A DNA stretch of 61,586 nt, the filler included. It is 11 parts of 11 records of this genome, joined end to end, with 100 filler letters (N's around TTAATTAATTAA, not from the genome) between each part and the next. Parts side by side here need not be neighbours in the genome. Positions count along the whole stretch, not along the records: positions 1 to 9,204 come from SRR15195285_4301; positions 9,305 to 16,849 come from SRR15195285_4304; 9 more parts are not named here. One strand, given 5' to 3'. Positions 1-12,800 of the stretch are shown in pieces. The translations under genes were made by a program, and so were the position numbers. The notes beneath the pieces are model-generated. The model did no database searches. It had not been told where the DNA came from and was given only the letters and a program-made list of their open reading frames with translations. Numbering within the stretch: the stretch's first letter is position 1; each line of letters opens with the position of its first letter.

Positions 1-3000
1 TGAGAAGGAGCGCGCTGCTGTGGAATCGGGTGAGACGGCTACCTTGCTCTGCTGCTCACGGAACGGCGTTTCCTCATGATCTTATTGCACTTTACCCAAC
101 TAACGGCGGGTTCCGTTTGCACAGGTTCGCGGAATGGTGGCTCTTCTCCGGGGAGGAACTTGCTAGAGCGGAAGACGGGTATCGACATCGACGGCGATGG
201 CGATGCTGGCGTGACCGGCGAACAGAAGCACATGCATGAAGAAGCTAAGCACGCTCGACTAGCGGCGGAGCAGGCAGAAAAGGAGCGCATTGCTGCTGAG
301 CAGGCGGAGCGTGAGCTCACTGCTGCTGAAGAGGCTGAGCAGGAGCGCATTGCCGCTCAGCAGGTGGAGCAGGAGAGTATTGCTGCTGAGCGGACTGAGC
401 AGACGTCGTCAGTCCTTGAGCAAAATGGCGAGTTCGTGAAACAGGTGAAACAGGTTGTGTCGCGCATCTTTGAACAATCAATCAGCGCTACCAAGTTTCC
501 TATGATAAAGGGCAGCAAATCCTGGGGCACATACGAATTGACCTCCCTGCAAGTTGACCGGATTGGCATCGGCAGCGGGAATTTGAGCATTAGCATATCT
601 GACACGGTAGATGTCACGATCACTGGCGCTTCTGCGCATATTGATGAATTTATGTATCACTACGAAAGAACTATTCCGAGAGTTGCGATCAGTGGAACTG
701 TTAATGGCAGTCAGCTAACCAATCTGAGTTCAAGGTTTTCCTTCGTGCTTGGTGTCGATGACGACGGCAATCTACAAATTGGTGACCATGCTGGAGTCAT
801 CAGGGCATCCTTAGATATCTCCTCTGTCGAGATTCAGAGGAGTGAAATGAACGTTGTGGATTCTCTGCGCAGCCCAGTCACTCCCACAGCCAGCCCCAGT
901 GGAAGAATGGCCGCTGCGGAGCAAGAATGGGTCGACAGTGTTCTACTGAAGGTCATGAAAGAGCGGATGAAAGAGGTGATGCAGAGGGAAATGCGCAAGA
1001 TGATCCAGCAGAATGCAGCGGCGCTGACTTCACAACTGCTAAGGGAACTTTCTCAGTTATCTGATGGAGCGAGTGCAGAAGTAAGAAGGGTTGCGGCGCT
1101 ACAAAGCTCGATATCCGTGATCAGACTGCCTGAGCCAGAACCGGAGCCAGAGTCTGAGCACGCGGAACTCACACAGCATGTTGACATTGTGGAGCCACCA
1201 ATATTGTTACAGCAAAAGATGAGCTCAATCCGACAGGCACTCCAGTCAGAGGTGACGAGAGCTGAGGCAGCACAGACCGCTCTCGCTGAAACTGATCCTT
1301 CCCTGTCAGCACAGATATTCGAGGCACATGGAGAGTATGTCTCGCGGATTCATGCACTAGAGGCACAGATAGTGGCCGCTGCGGCTGCACATAACCAAGC
1401 CAATATGTCGACAGACCCACAGTCGCTGTTGCTGCAGCTTGCAGGAATTGAGCAGGCCTTAGCTGCAGAGAAAACAAATCGGGCGGCAGCTGAAGCAGCT
1501 CTTTCGCTGCCACGAATCTTTGCTGAGACTTTACAAGCAGCTACATCTAAGCGCGTAGACACTTACATGCACAGGAAAACAGCAAAACTGACAGCAAACG
1601 CATTTGAGGGTTGGGCTGAAGTGGTCGCATTTGACATCATGCACCGTCGATCCACTGCTGAAGCTTTGGCGTCCGAGGTGATAGCAGCGGAGGAAGCCGC
1701 AAATGAAATGCATATCAAGATGTCGGCAGCTCATGGTACGAGAACGTCTGCACTAGAGCAGCAAGTAGAATCACTCGCACATCAGCTTGCGCTGGCCAAT
1801 CAGAAGCTGGGTGCAGCTGACGTTGCACAGTTGTCAGCTACACAAGAGAGGTTGGAAAGTGAGCTGCGCAAAGAGCAAGTCGCGTACGCGGAGTTCGTGG
1901 CGACCCAAGAAAAGCAAAATGCAATTTGGCGCGACGAGATTACAGAAGCTCACAGACAGCAGCTGGCAACCCTGCAGCAAGCCCTTGAAGCCGAGATGAT
2001 GGCCAAGGAATTGCTTGTCGAAAAAGCTCTCTCAGCAGATGCGGTAGAGCAAGAAGTTAAGGAACAAGCACAGGCAAAGCTTGACGCAGGCGAAGTGGCG
2101 ATGCAGCAACGGAACTGGCAAGCAGCCGTCGACACCTTCGAAGATGGAATTCGGCAGATTGAAGGCCATGACCAGGAGCTGAGTCAACGGCTCCGAGACT
2201 CCAAGGCAGCGGCTGCGAGCCATTTGGCTTCGCAAACGAATGCGCGCAAGGCAGCTCAAGACAAGCTTGAGTTGGGCAGGCGCACAGCAGAATCAAACAA
2301 TTTCAGCACTGCAGTTGCATTGTTTGAGCAGGGGTTGCAGATTATTGGTACCAACAGCGTGCAGTTGACCCAAACGTTAAGGATGGAGCTTGAAAATGCA
2401 CAGAAGAGACTTGAGGAACAAGAAGTGAAGATGGTTGTACCAACAGTCACACGGCACACCAGGAAGGTAGACGGCCAACAGTATGATTTTCTCGAGAGTG
2501 CTGATGTTGATTCCTATGATCTATTGGAAAGCTTGATGGCAGCGTGTGCGGACGATTCTAAGCCAGTGGATGAGCTCATTGCCAACATGGCAGAGTGCCT
2601 CACCGAATCGACATGTATGCTTGAGAATGATTGTAATGGAAGCACGCCGTTGCATGCTCTTGTGGCAAATCCAAAAGTCAACTCTCGATGGCTGAAGGCC
2701 GCTGTTGGTGCAATAGGTGCCAATGCGATGTTAACGCAAAGCAATGACCATCGCCAAACTACGCCAATGCACCTGCTGTGTGCCAATTCGGCTGCATTGT
2801 CACCTGAGCTTTTGGCGTCCAGTCTTGATACGATGAATCCTGTAGCTGTTATGACAGAGACGAAGGACAGCCAGTCGCAGACCCCACTCGACACTCTCGC
2901 AAAGATGCTTGCAGGCAAACAACTCCCAAGTGCAAGCCAACTTGACATTGGAAATACAGCCCGAGTATCGAGTTGGCAGCAGCGCATTAGCAGCAGCTTC

Positions 3001-6000
3001 ATTGACGCGGCTACAGTGTCGGCAATGGATATTGGTGACGCAAGATCTGCGGACTACGACTCTCAACAGCTAGCTGGCGTCAAGGATCCAGAACTCATGA
3101 TGTGGCTGTCTACCGGACTTCCCCAACTCCTTCAAGAGGCTTTGTTGAAAGCTGACGGGGAAACGACGCCACTGCACCAGTTGATGTACTACATGTGCCA
3201 AACCTCAACGCTTGGCGTGCCTGGAGTATGCGAGCAATGGCTCGACAAGGTTTTCGAGTCGTTGGACCCATGTGTGCTGCTCAAAATGCATAGCGACAAA
3301 GAATCGCCACTGCATACCATTTGTCGCCATGATGCTTTAGGGGTGGGCTGGCTGTTGACTGCAGCAAAAAAAGTGGATTCACAGGCGGCGTTGATGTCAA
3401 AAGAACCTGAAAACGGAAACACAGTGCTGCACTACCTTTGCGAGAAGACTGTTGGCTTGACTCAAGGATCGTTTGTAGCGTTGTTGGAGACGCTTCCTCC
3501 AAATGCGATGCTGATGAAAAACCTCGACATGACCACACCACTTCACAACCTCTGTGCCAATCCAGCTCTCACGCCAGAGTTCCTTTCTGCAGTATTGCAG
3601 CAGCTGCCTGGCAAAGAACGCGCCATCATTACACCAGGTAAACCGTCGGCGTATCGATGTCTACAAGAGGCAACAATCTACGAACAGATGGGCACGGGGC
3701 AGCGGGTGTCTTTCAAAAAAACTAGCAACTCCAGGTGTACTGTCGACAAGGATCAAGTGATCACTGTCGATGAGTATCACCATGGTACTGTTCTGTATGT
3801 GCATTTGGCCGATGCTGATGCTTGGGCAGCTGCAGCTGCGGCCAGCGGTAGGCCGTTGCTCGAAGCTCTAGATGGTACCCCGCTAGACGCTTTGCTAAAC
3901 AGGCTTTGTGGGTCACCAGCAAGCGTGGATGTGGACGGATGGAGACACAGATTGTCGAGTCTGTTCATTCAAACGACGCTGGCAAACTGTAAATTTGAGG
4001 TCAGCCCACATGATCAACCTGCGTACAAGGCTGCATGCATTGAGCAAATCATTGTGCTGGCAAAGCATACTGGCCAATTGATCCACTCGCACAAGTTTGT
4101 GGTCGAGCATGAACCCGAACCAGAAAGAGATGTTGGGCAGCTTCGGCAGGAGCTAGACGTGCTGACTTGTAGTGAGCTTGCAGAACGTTTGCAATCGGTG
4201 TGTACCCAACTACAGCTAGCGGAATGGCTAGTAGTTGCGCTGAAGCCTCTTCTTAGAGAAGCCATGCTAACCGAGAGTGTTGCACATTACATCTTGATGG
4301 CCGACACTGTTGCTGTACTGGCAAATCCACAATCGAACGAGGCCGAGACTTTGGAGCTCCGCAAGCTTCTGCGCACAAATTGCGAGAACGAAGACATTCT
4401 ACGCAAACACCTCATTGGTACAGAGCGCAAGCGCCGTGTTCGTGGTAGTACCTGGCTAAACCATCAACTTGGTTGGTCTGAGTTGGAAGACCCAGCCGGC
4501 ACTACTGTGTTCCAACGCACGACACCACTGCATGAGTTGTGCAAACATGAGCGACTGAACAGCGATTGGTTGGATGCTGTTTTGAAGCCACTACCTGCCA
4601 AAGCTATGCTTACGGAATGTCGTGGAAGCACGGAAACACCTCTTGATCATTTGTGTGCCAACACTGCCTTGACAGCTGATTGGCTTGCCTCATTGCTCCA
4701 AACGCTACCTAGCGGTGCCGCTGGCATGCAAGAAAGCATGGTTCAAGCTTTAATCGTAAAACAAGCCAAAGGTCTTACTGATGGGCCTCTGAAAAATATG
4801 TTAGCCGGAAAACATGTCAGCTCAGAGCGCAGCATTTGGAGTACCACGGCATCCAAAACTGCTGCACATACGATGCACATGACGCTTGCCTCGGCGTATG
4901 TGTTTGCTTTGTGCGATAGTCACGACCTACCGGCTTGGACAAAGCAATGTCCTCAGAAGATTGAAAAAGTCAGGTCAAGTGCCGAAACGCAATTCTTGAA
5001 CGGGGAATACGTGCACGCACGTGAGAGTTTTGATATGGCAATTGAGATGTTGGAGAATTCTCCAACAGAACTTCACGATACGGGCGTTGAGAAAGGCACA
5101 ATAGAATATATGGAGGCTGCGAGGGCGGCAGCCCATGCTATGGCAGAAAATCACAGAATAGAAAAGTGGCTGGTGCCGATGATCAAGCCACACTACCAGG
5201 CCAAACTGACAAAACGCCAGAACGAAGACACTGTTCTGCACAAGCTTTGCATGAGTAAGACACACTCGATTTCGGAGCTAGCAACTCGCTTGATGAGTGC
5301 GCTAGAGTTACTTCCGCGAGATGCTATGCTCACTCCTGGCAAAGGCAGACGAACGCCGTTGCAATGCCTTTGCGAGCGACCACGTGCGCAACCTCCCGTT
5401 AGTGTGCATGTTGGAGGCTTGAAACCACCATATATTTCGCCCCCCGAGCATTGGGAAGCGGTCTCTGAGGAAGATGACACTTTACGCGTGCAGGAGGCCT
5501 TTACATCATTCGGTCATGTCAAACACGTCCATCTCAGAAGGCGCAACAGGCAGAACGAAGACGGAACTCGGTTGCATTCGTGGGCTCAGGTTGATTTCGA
5601 GAGCTCGAAGAGCGTCAGCCGTGCAATTGAGGCTCAGGAACGACTGAACCTCGTGATCCGCGTGCTCGATGTAGATCTGTCCGAACGTAGCACAGGAGCC
5701 ATGAAACACGTGGCCAGTAAGGCAGGCATGATGGGTACTCGTTCCAGTGAGTTGACCCTTGAGCTGCTAGTAGCCGGCCTCAGACGGCTTCCGGCAAGTG
5801 CGAAGCAGATCATTCTCAGCCCCGAAAATCAGGCTTTGGCACAGTTGTTAGACAGCCATTTTAAGGCGTTTGACGTCACCATGAGCGCAACAGACAGTAT
5901 TCGGTGCTGGTGTGAGTGCTACGACCCGCTCGTGGACGCCTTGGCTGACGAGAGGCAACTTGCTCAGTCCCTTCACAAGTCCGGAGTGCGGCACTCAGAG

Positions 6001-9000
6001 CTTGGAACAGGAGGCTGGGCGCGCAAGCTGGTGCAGAATCTCCCGAAAGAATTGCCTTCTACACGCATTGTAAAGCAGATCATGGAAAGTGCAACTGAGC
6101 AGCGAAATGCAGAGGATCAGGGTGACGCTGACGCATATATGGATACTCTGCGGACTGAGCTTGGCAACCTGAGTATATTTGAGTTGAAGGATCGAGCGCT
6201 GAAGGCTGGTGTGAAAACAGACGTCGTAGGTCATCAGATGACGTTGCCACAGGTCCCCAATATGATTATGCACTTGGCTCAGCTATTTGACAGCGGCCTT
6301 GGTCCAACAGCAACGTCGCTACTTGCTGACCACGGCGTGGCAGATGCAACGTATTCACTGGTGGCTCCCAACTCGGATTGTGTTGACTATAGCCGTGTAT
6401 ACCTCGGTCGTCGCTGTGTTGCCACGGCAGGCGTTGAGGAGCTCTATCCATCTTATGGTGAACCACAGCGAGAGGGTGTAGATTGGTCACGTCACCTGGA
6501 CAAAGCGAATTTCGCCACCGACAATACTGATCGGGTTGAGGTTCGTCCAGTCGTAGTGACGATCCAAGGTGCTGGGCACGCGCAGGACAAGGGCCTTCTG
6601 CAACTGCTCACAAAGCCGAATGTGCCAAACTCGTTATTTGAGACAGACATTGTTCGCATAATTGTAGCACACAAGTGGGCAGCATTTGGACAGGACATAT
6701 TTTTTCAGGAAGTCTGCGTGTACACGCTGATGCTGGTCAGCTTTCAAGTTCTGGTTCTCATGGTAGCGACCTATGGTACTGACGTAGTCCCAGACCTCGA
6801 TGATAAGCAGGTATATGCCGTACTGCTGCTATCTTTGTCAGCTGGCACAGTTTTCAAGCCACTGCTAGAAAAATGGTTACCACTAGGTCCACAATCAAGG
6901 ATTTCACCGCGGAGCAGCTGGAAAGACAAAGTGCTGTGGCACACATACTCGGGCTTCATACAAGACTACCACAGCAAACAGGATAGGGGGTCAGAGTTGT
7001 GTGGCATAGTTGCGTGCGACTTTTCACCACTAGTGCCTATCGTTGGCTGGCTTTTCGAAAATCTACCGGGCATACTTGCGACTTCGCTGTGGCTACTGTT
7101 GCTGTCATTTTATTCGGTCTCGACAATTGTGATCCAACTTGCGCCAATCGCAGTGGCCTGTTATGTGCTTGATGTAAGCCCCGAGGGTCTGAGTTCGCTC
7201 AATGCACGTTCGGTGTCTGGAGTGGCTGTGGTCTGCGTTGTTGCTCTCACTGGGTACTATCTGCTGCAAGAGTTTCATGAATTGTCAGATGCAGACTTGC
7301 CCAGAAACAAGGTGGTCAATTATCGGAGTCGAAGTGGCCGTGGAAACTGTTGTGCTAAGCGGAAATACAACGACGATGGCGATGAAGTTTTTGACCCGAT
7401 GGCAGAACGCCCATGCTGTCACCCAGTCAAGTATGGTGTCTGTGGCTTTCATAGAGTGCTGGGCCTCTGCAGGGCCCTTTCCAATTACCTGCAGAGCATT
7501 TGGAACTTATTGGACCTTGGCTTCTTGAGCATCAACCTTGTGGTCGCTGTTCGTACACTGAACCAATCTGATGCGGCTGTGACGACTCAGATTGCAGTAT
7601 TCAACACGCTTATGCTATGGTTTCGCGCAATACAGAAACTCAGCGGTTTTGACGCCACCGCCAAGTACATATCAATGTTCTTCGCCGTCACCACTGATAT
7701 GGTGTCCTTTCTTGTGATGATTGGAATTTTCATCGTCAGCAACGGCTTTGCGCTGTCGCTACTATATCCGATGCATCTGCACCCGATGGGATCCAACACC
7801 AGTGCAACATCCGCTGGTCCCGTTATCTACGCGCACGAGGAGGTTGTCCCTGGTCAGTGGGAGAAGCATGCGTTTGCTAACGGTACAGAGTACTGGATCA
7901 ACACTTTGAACGGCCAGGTCATCAGTAATATGCCTACCGGCGCTGACGGTGGCTGGGCGTTCACGAAGTTCCAACAGGTTCCTGATGCGCAGGTAATTGG
8001 CGTCAACATACAACAAGTAGCCATTTAGTATATTGTACTTTCGTGATTGGTCTACTGAATACGACTCGCCCGTATGCAACATGGCTGAATAGGGTGCAAC
8101 AGACGCTGTGTGGCACATGGATGATCCAGTAGCCGTAGAAGAGACTGTCGGCACACTGCCGCGAGCGATGTATGCATCCTTCAACATGATGATGGGAAGC
8201 TTCGACGCGGTAATCGATTTTGCACGCGCTCGAGTCGTGGTTCTATAAGTTTACACGCATGACCCTTGAGTCTAAGCAGTGCTGCCGGAAATGTGCGCAC
8301 AGGTGCTGCTTGATGACTCTTACGCGCCAATTCTTGCTTATGGCGTCTACTTCATGTGCGTCATCCCCTCCCCCCCCCCCGCGCTCGCGCTTTCGTTGGC
8401 CGTGTGCCATTGAACGTCAGCTGATGTTGCCACGATGGATGAACTTGCAGGTACACCGTGCTGGTGAACATCGTGCTGCTCAATTTATTAATTGCTCTGA
8501 TGGGGGGAAGCTACGAAAAGGTCGCAGAGAAGTCGACGCGGGAGACGTTGAAGCACCGCGCGGAACTCATCGTCGGGTACGAGCAGACGATGTCAAATGC
8601 CGAGCTTGCAAATGAGCAGTGGCATCCAACGTTCATCCACGCCCTCATACCAGCAAATGATGATGAGGATGGTGAGTCACGGCGTTGAGTGCTTTGCTTG
8701 CCTGGTCTTGAAAGAAGTGCTCGTCCACGATTGCACATAGCGATCAATGCGTTTGGTGGTACTCGAAGTTTGTGACATGGCAATCGAATGTCTGCTAAAC
8801 AGGTGTGGGAGTGGAGGAAGCTGGAGTGGTTAATGGTGTGCGCCGGCTCATCGACGGGCTGGTGCGCAAGGACCTCGTACGACTCGAGGCTGCAGTAACG
8901 CGAGAGAGCGAAGCTAGGCAAGCGCTTGAGCGCACTATAAGCAACAACACGAAGGACATTGAGAAAATTGTCAGAGCGACGCTGGCTGCTGCCAGCTCGG

Positions 9001-9164
9001 TGCAGTCACAGACGCAAGAGCCGCAATGTCACGAGCCACACGAGCTTGCATCAGCAGCGACGCTGGCGGCAAATGCTGCTGCTGAGGCAGCCAAGGCAGC
9101 CACTCGTGCCGCCGCAGCCGCGCAGGCAGCATTGCGAGCAGTGGAAACAGAAGAGGGGAACTAG
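1..9164 (+). CDS. Giant TRP-like cation channel (5'-truncated): TULIP/BPI-like region, coiled coil/TPR-like helices, many TPLHxLC ankyrin-like repeats, RRM, TM domain, C-terminal coiled coil
   Basis: 2650-aa ORF plus exons that join in frame across GT-AG introns 30-124, 7993-8092, 8210-8302, 8356-8450 and 8672-8802. The spliced C-terminus gives a pore helix (AMYASFNMMMGSFD) and the TRP S6 signature IVLLNLLIALMGGSYEKV. Pre-S1 motif IVAHKWAAFG and S3 motif YLQSIWNLLD are present. Confidence 0.85.
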
Positions 9165-9177
9165 CCGCCATCATAGA

Positions 9178-9204
9178 GTGTGTGTGTGTGTGTGTGTGTG
9201 TGTG
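9178..9204. repeat. (GT)n microsatellite at contig end
   Basis: Pure GT dinucleotide run up to the N spacer. Confidence 0.95.
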
Positions 9205-9304
9205 NNNNNNNNNNNNNNNNNNNNNNNNNNNNNNNNNNNNNNNNNNNNTTAATTAATTAANNNNNNNNNNNNNNNNNNNNNNNNNNNNNNNNNNNNNNNN
9301 NNNN
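9205..9304. other. Artificial contig spacer (N44-TTAATTAATTAA-N44)
   Basis: The same 100-nt linker, with stops in all six frames, recurs at 16850-16949, 21164-21263, 29737-29836, 33335-33434, 40110-40209, 43266-43365, 48642-48741, 52061-52160 and 56554-56653. Confidence 0.99.
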
Positions 9305-9823
9305 CGCCCCGAAGGGCGCAGCCACGGGCTACCTTCTCACATTCGGAAAATTTCCGCTCATGCATCTGAGGCGGTGTGAGAAGTCACTGGGTAAAGGAAA
9401 ATGCATTTTTTGTACAGCTGTACGTGAACGAAAGCTCGAAAGGATCGACATACACGGTACAGTACTACCGCTCCCGGCTAGAGATCTACCCATGCCAGCC
9501 TGGGCCCTCATTCTGGATTCTCGCGACTGAATCGACTAAACGTGAGACGTGACGCTGCCCGCTGCACCCCGGTGGGACGCGGATGCGCCCTCCGCGTACC
9601 CCACGGGCCTGAAACCCCCTCAGCCGGGTGCCCCCCACCCCCGCACACAACCACCCCGGGTGGAAAGACACAGAAGGGGAGGGACCTTGACGACGATAGC
9701 GCTGCAGGCCGCACCTTCCGCACAGGTTGAGCCGCTCTGGGCCACGCAGCACGGCGGGCGGGCGGTGCGGCGCTCCTTGTGCGCGCGGCGCCGCCACCTG
9801 TCCAGCACGCAGGGAGGAGAGCG

Positions 9824-12800
9824 ATGGGCGCGGCGGAAGATTCGGCCCGCGAGGTGGAGCTGGCTGATCGTCAAGTGTTTGAAAACCCAGTCGTCGAGGA
9901 GAACGAGGATCTGGAGAACCCGCTGTCACCCACGAGGGGCACCGAAGTCACCTTCGAGACCGAGTCCGCACACGCGGTGGGTTCGCAGGAGAGGCGGTCT
10001 TCTCCCGACCAGTCGCTAGAGGGCATGGAGGAGGCGGTGATGCGATTCAAGCAGCTCGACGCTGATGGCCATGGATTTCTTGTCCGCGAAAATGTCAAGG
10101 TTGTGCTACAGATGATGCACAGACCAGACGACGATGACAGTGTGGATGATCTGCTCACCCAAATGTGGAAAGACGGAGGTGAGCAGGGCACACTGGGAGA
10201 AGTCTCGCTGAGCGATTTTGTAGCTTGGTGGAGCAAGACCGTCCAAGCTGAGACCAAGCGGCCACGTGGCCGCGGCATCTCGAAAGCGCTGTCCTCAGCT
10301 GGGACTAAAATGGCGAAGTCGAGCAAAGCGATCGGGGAGGCCGCCGGCTTCGAGGAGAGTAAGAAGGAAAAGGCGCGCAGCGTAGCTCCGGAGAGCATCT
10401 TCGTTATGGACCAGACCGGCAACGCCGAGGCTCGTGAGAAGCACGAATCTGCCATTTTGATCCAAGAGCAATTCGAGAGCGACTTCAAGCACCTTGAGGA
10501 CATCATGCTGAGCAGCCTTGGCACCGGTTGGACCGAGTTGTGGGAAGAGGCGATGGTCGCCTACTGGGAGCAGCACGGGAGGAACGCGGTCCTTGAGCAG
10601 CTTGATGAAAACTGGACCGAAGAATGCATTGATGGAGCCACCACTGGCATTACGTTGACCCAAGACTCAGTGCATGCCCTTCATCGTGGGTTCTTGCGGA
10701 GCCAGATCTCCGACCCAGACGCCAACACGGGAAGGTTTAGGATGAGGAGCTTTAAAAAAGACAAAAGGCTCACGCCCGCCGTAGCTCGTTCAAAAGCAAA
10801 GCAATTTGCAACGGAGCAGCTTGAGGATGGGGCACGCGAGTTGGACGAGCTCTTGGATGCGGAACTGTTGCCGTTGAGGGCCGCCGTGGAAGCTGTGTGC
10901 CGGGCAGTGCAGCTAGAAGTTGAGGAACGCGAGAACAAAGTCGAATTTCTTGTTGGAAAGCGTGACCGTATGGGAGCTGACACGCCACGCAAAGTGCATA
11001 TAGCAGGCCTTCGCGGCACTGCGGCCGAGGCTAACGGTATTTACGTCGCTGATGGACTAAAATCATTTTGGAATAGGCCACTGTATGTACAGATGCCCGA
11101 GCATCACGACGTCAGTAACTTGCACTATCTGTATTTCGACATGGCGTACACCGCGCAAGACGAGCAAGGCTCTGCTTGGAGCGACGCTACCTGGATAATT
11201 GGACCTACACTCAACTCCGACAGGTGCACTGCATACTTTGACGAACCTACTGGCACAGACATTTTGTACCCGATGCCTTCAAGCCGGCTAGAAAAGTCCC
11301 CATCAGCGTGGATGGTATTTGATGTTATTCACCACAACTGGGCAACAGCACCAGGTGGTCACTGCCCAGCCTTCCGCATCAGCCCTCTACTGGATGGCGA
11401 AGAGACCATGGCCAAATACATCGAGGCAGCAATAACAGATCAGCAAGAGATAATTGAACAGGTCAAGAAGAAGCTGGAAGGCAATGGCAGCGCTGGCGGT
11501 GATCATGAGACAGATCAGTCCGTCGAAGGTAGTCGCGCAGAGCACGCGAACACATCACCCTTAGCGAATGAATCTTTTGATCAAATGGTCGAGCGAAATT
11601 TCACTTTACTATCAAACGATGGTGGCTGCATTACTCGAAAGGATTTCCTCACGTGGAGAAATCAATTTTACCTGGATGAGCTACAAGGTGTAAAGCAGAG
11701 ACTGAGGACTAAGATCCTGGACAGATCTGCTGGCGTCAAATTTCCGTCAGGCAATGACAACAGCGACAATCAAGATTTTGTTGAAAATATCCTTGACGAG
11801 TTTGTGCTCGCATTTGATATGAAGCAGCAGATGCGACGAATTGCCAAACGCAAGTTCTTGGCATCTGTCAGCAAGCCAGTACTTTCCCGGGCCTTTTTCA
11901 GCTGGAAGTTTGCATGCCGAAGCAAAAACGACTCCAGCAACAACCAAATGGTTTCCTCTGGGATGTTTGCAGAGCCAGAATTGCCTTGGAATGTCCGCCA
12001 CCCAAGAAGCAAGTTCAATAATGTCTGGGAGTCGATGCAGTTTGTGCTGCTATTGTACATCTCGTACGCTGTTGTGTGGAGGTTGTCATTCAACGTACCA
12101 GCGGAAGGATTCTGGCTATATTTTGAGGTCAGTATCGATGTGTTCTTCGGCATCGATATACTCCTCAACTTGCATACCGCATTCTATAACGAGAGCGGTG
12201 ATTTGATTGGCATCAAGACATCCGGAAAAAACGCTGGCAAGGCTGACTTCAAGAAACTGTACTGGAACTACGCTACGGGATGGATGGCGATCGACGTTTT
12301 ATCGGTATTGCCTATTGAGCTGATTCTTCGAATACTCAATCCTACTGGCGAGCGAACAGGCGAGCAGCTGAAGGTACTGAAGGCAATCCGGCTGATTCGG
12401 CTGTTGAAGTTGTTGCGGGTTGCGCGAGGTTTGCAGATTTATAAAAGAAACGAAGATGCGCTAGGACCTGCGATGGGCGGAATCGTAACGATTGCTGTTG
12501 TTTTCTGGGTCCTGCACACTATTTGCTGTCTTTGGTACCTGGCTGGAACAGAGGAGCCCACTGCAAGAGGCGATGGCCCGATACTTGCGATCCATGACCA
12601 AAAAGGGTGGGTTGAGCAACAGTTCAGTGGCACCGAACGACATTGTTGGTGCTACAACACCCCGGGTGACGAAGCAGTTGTGCATTTTGACACGTTTGAC
12701 CGGGTTTGTATGAACATGTGAGTTGTCTGTATGGACTATCTGTATGAATCGTCCGTATGAACTGGTTATGTGAGTTGTGTATCATGCATTCGTGTTGCTA

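Noticed and set aside
8026-8028. ORF-track stops that truncate the TRP, CNBD, esterase, kelch and NCKX proteins
   Set aside because: They are explained by canonical GT-AG introns that restore the frame.
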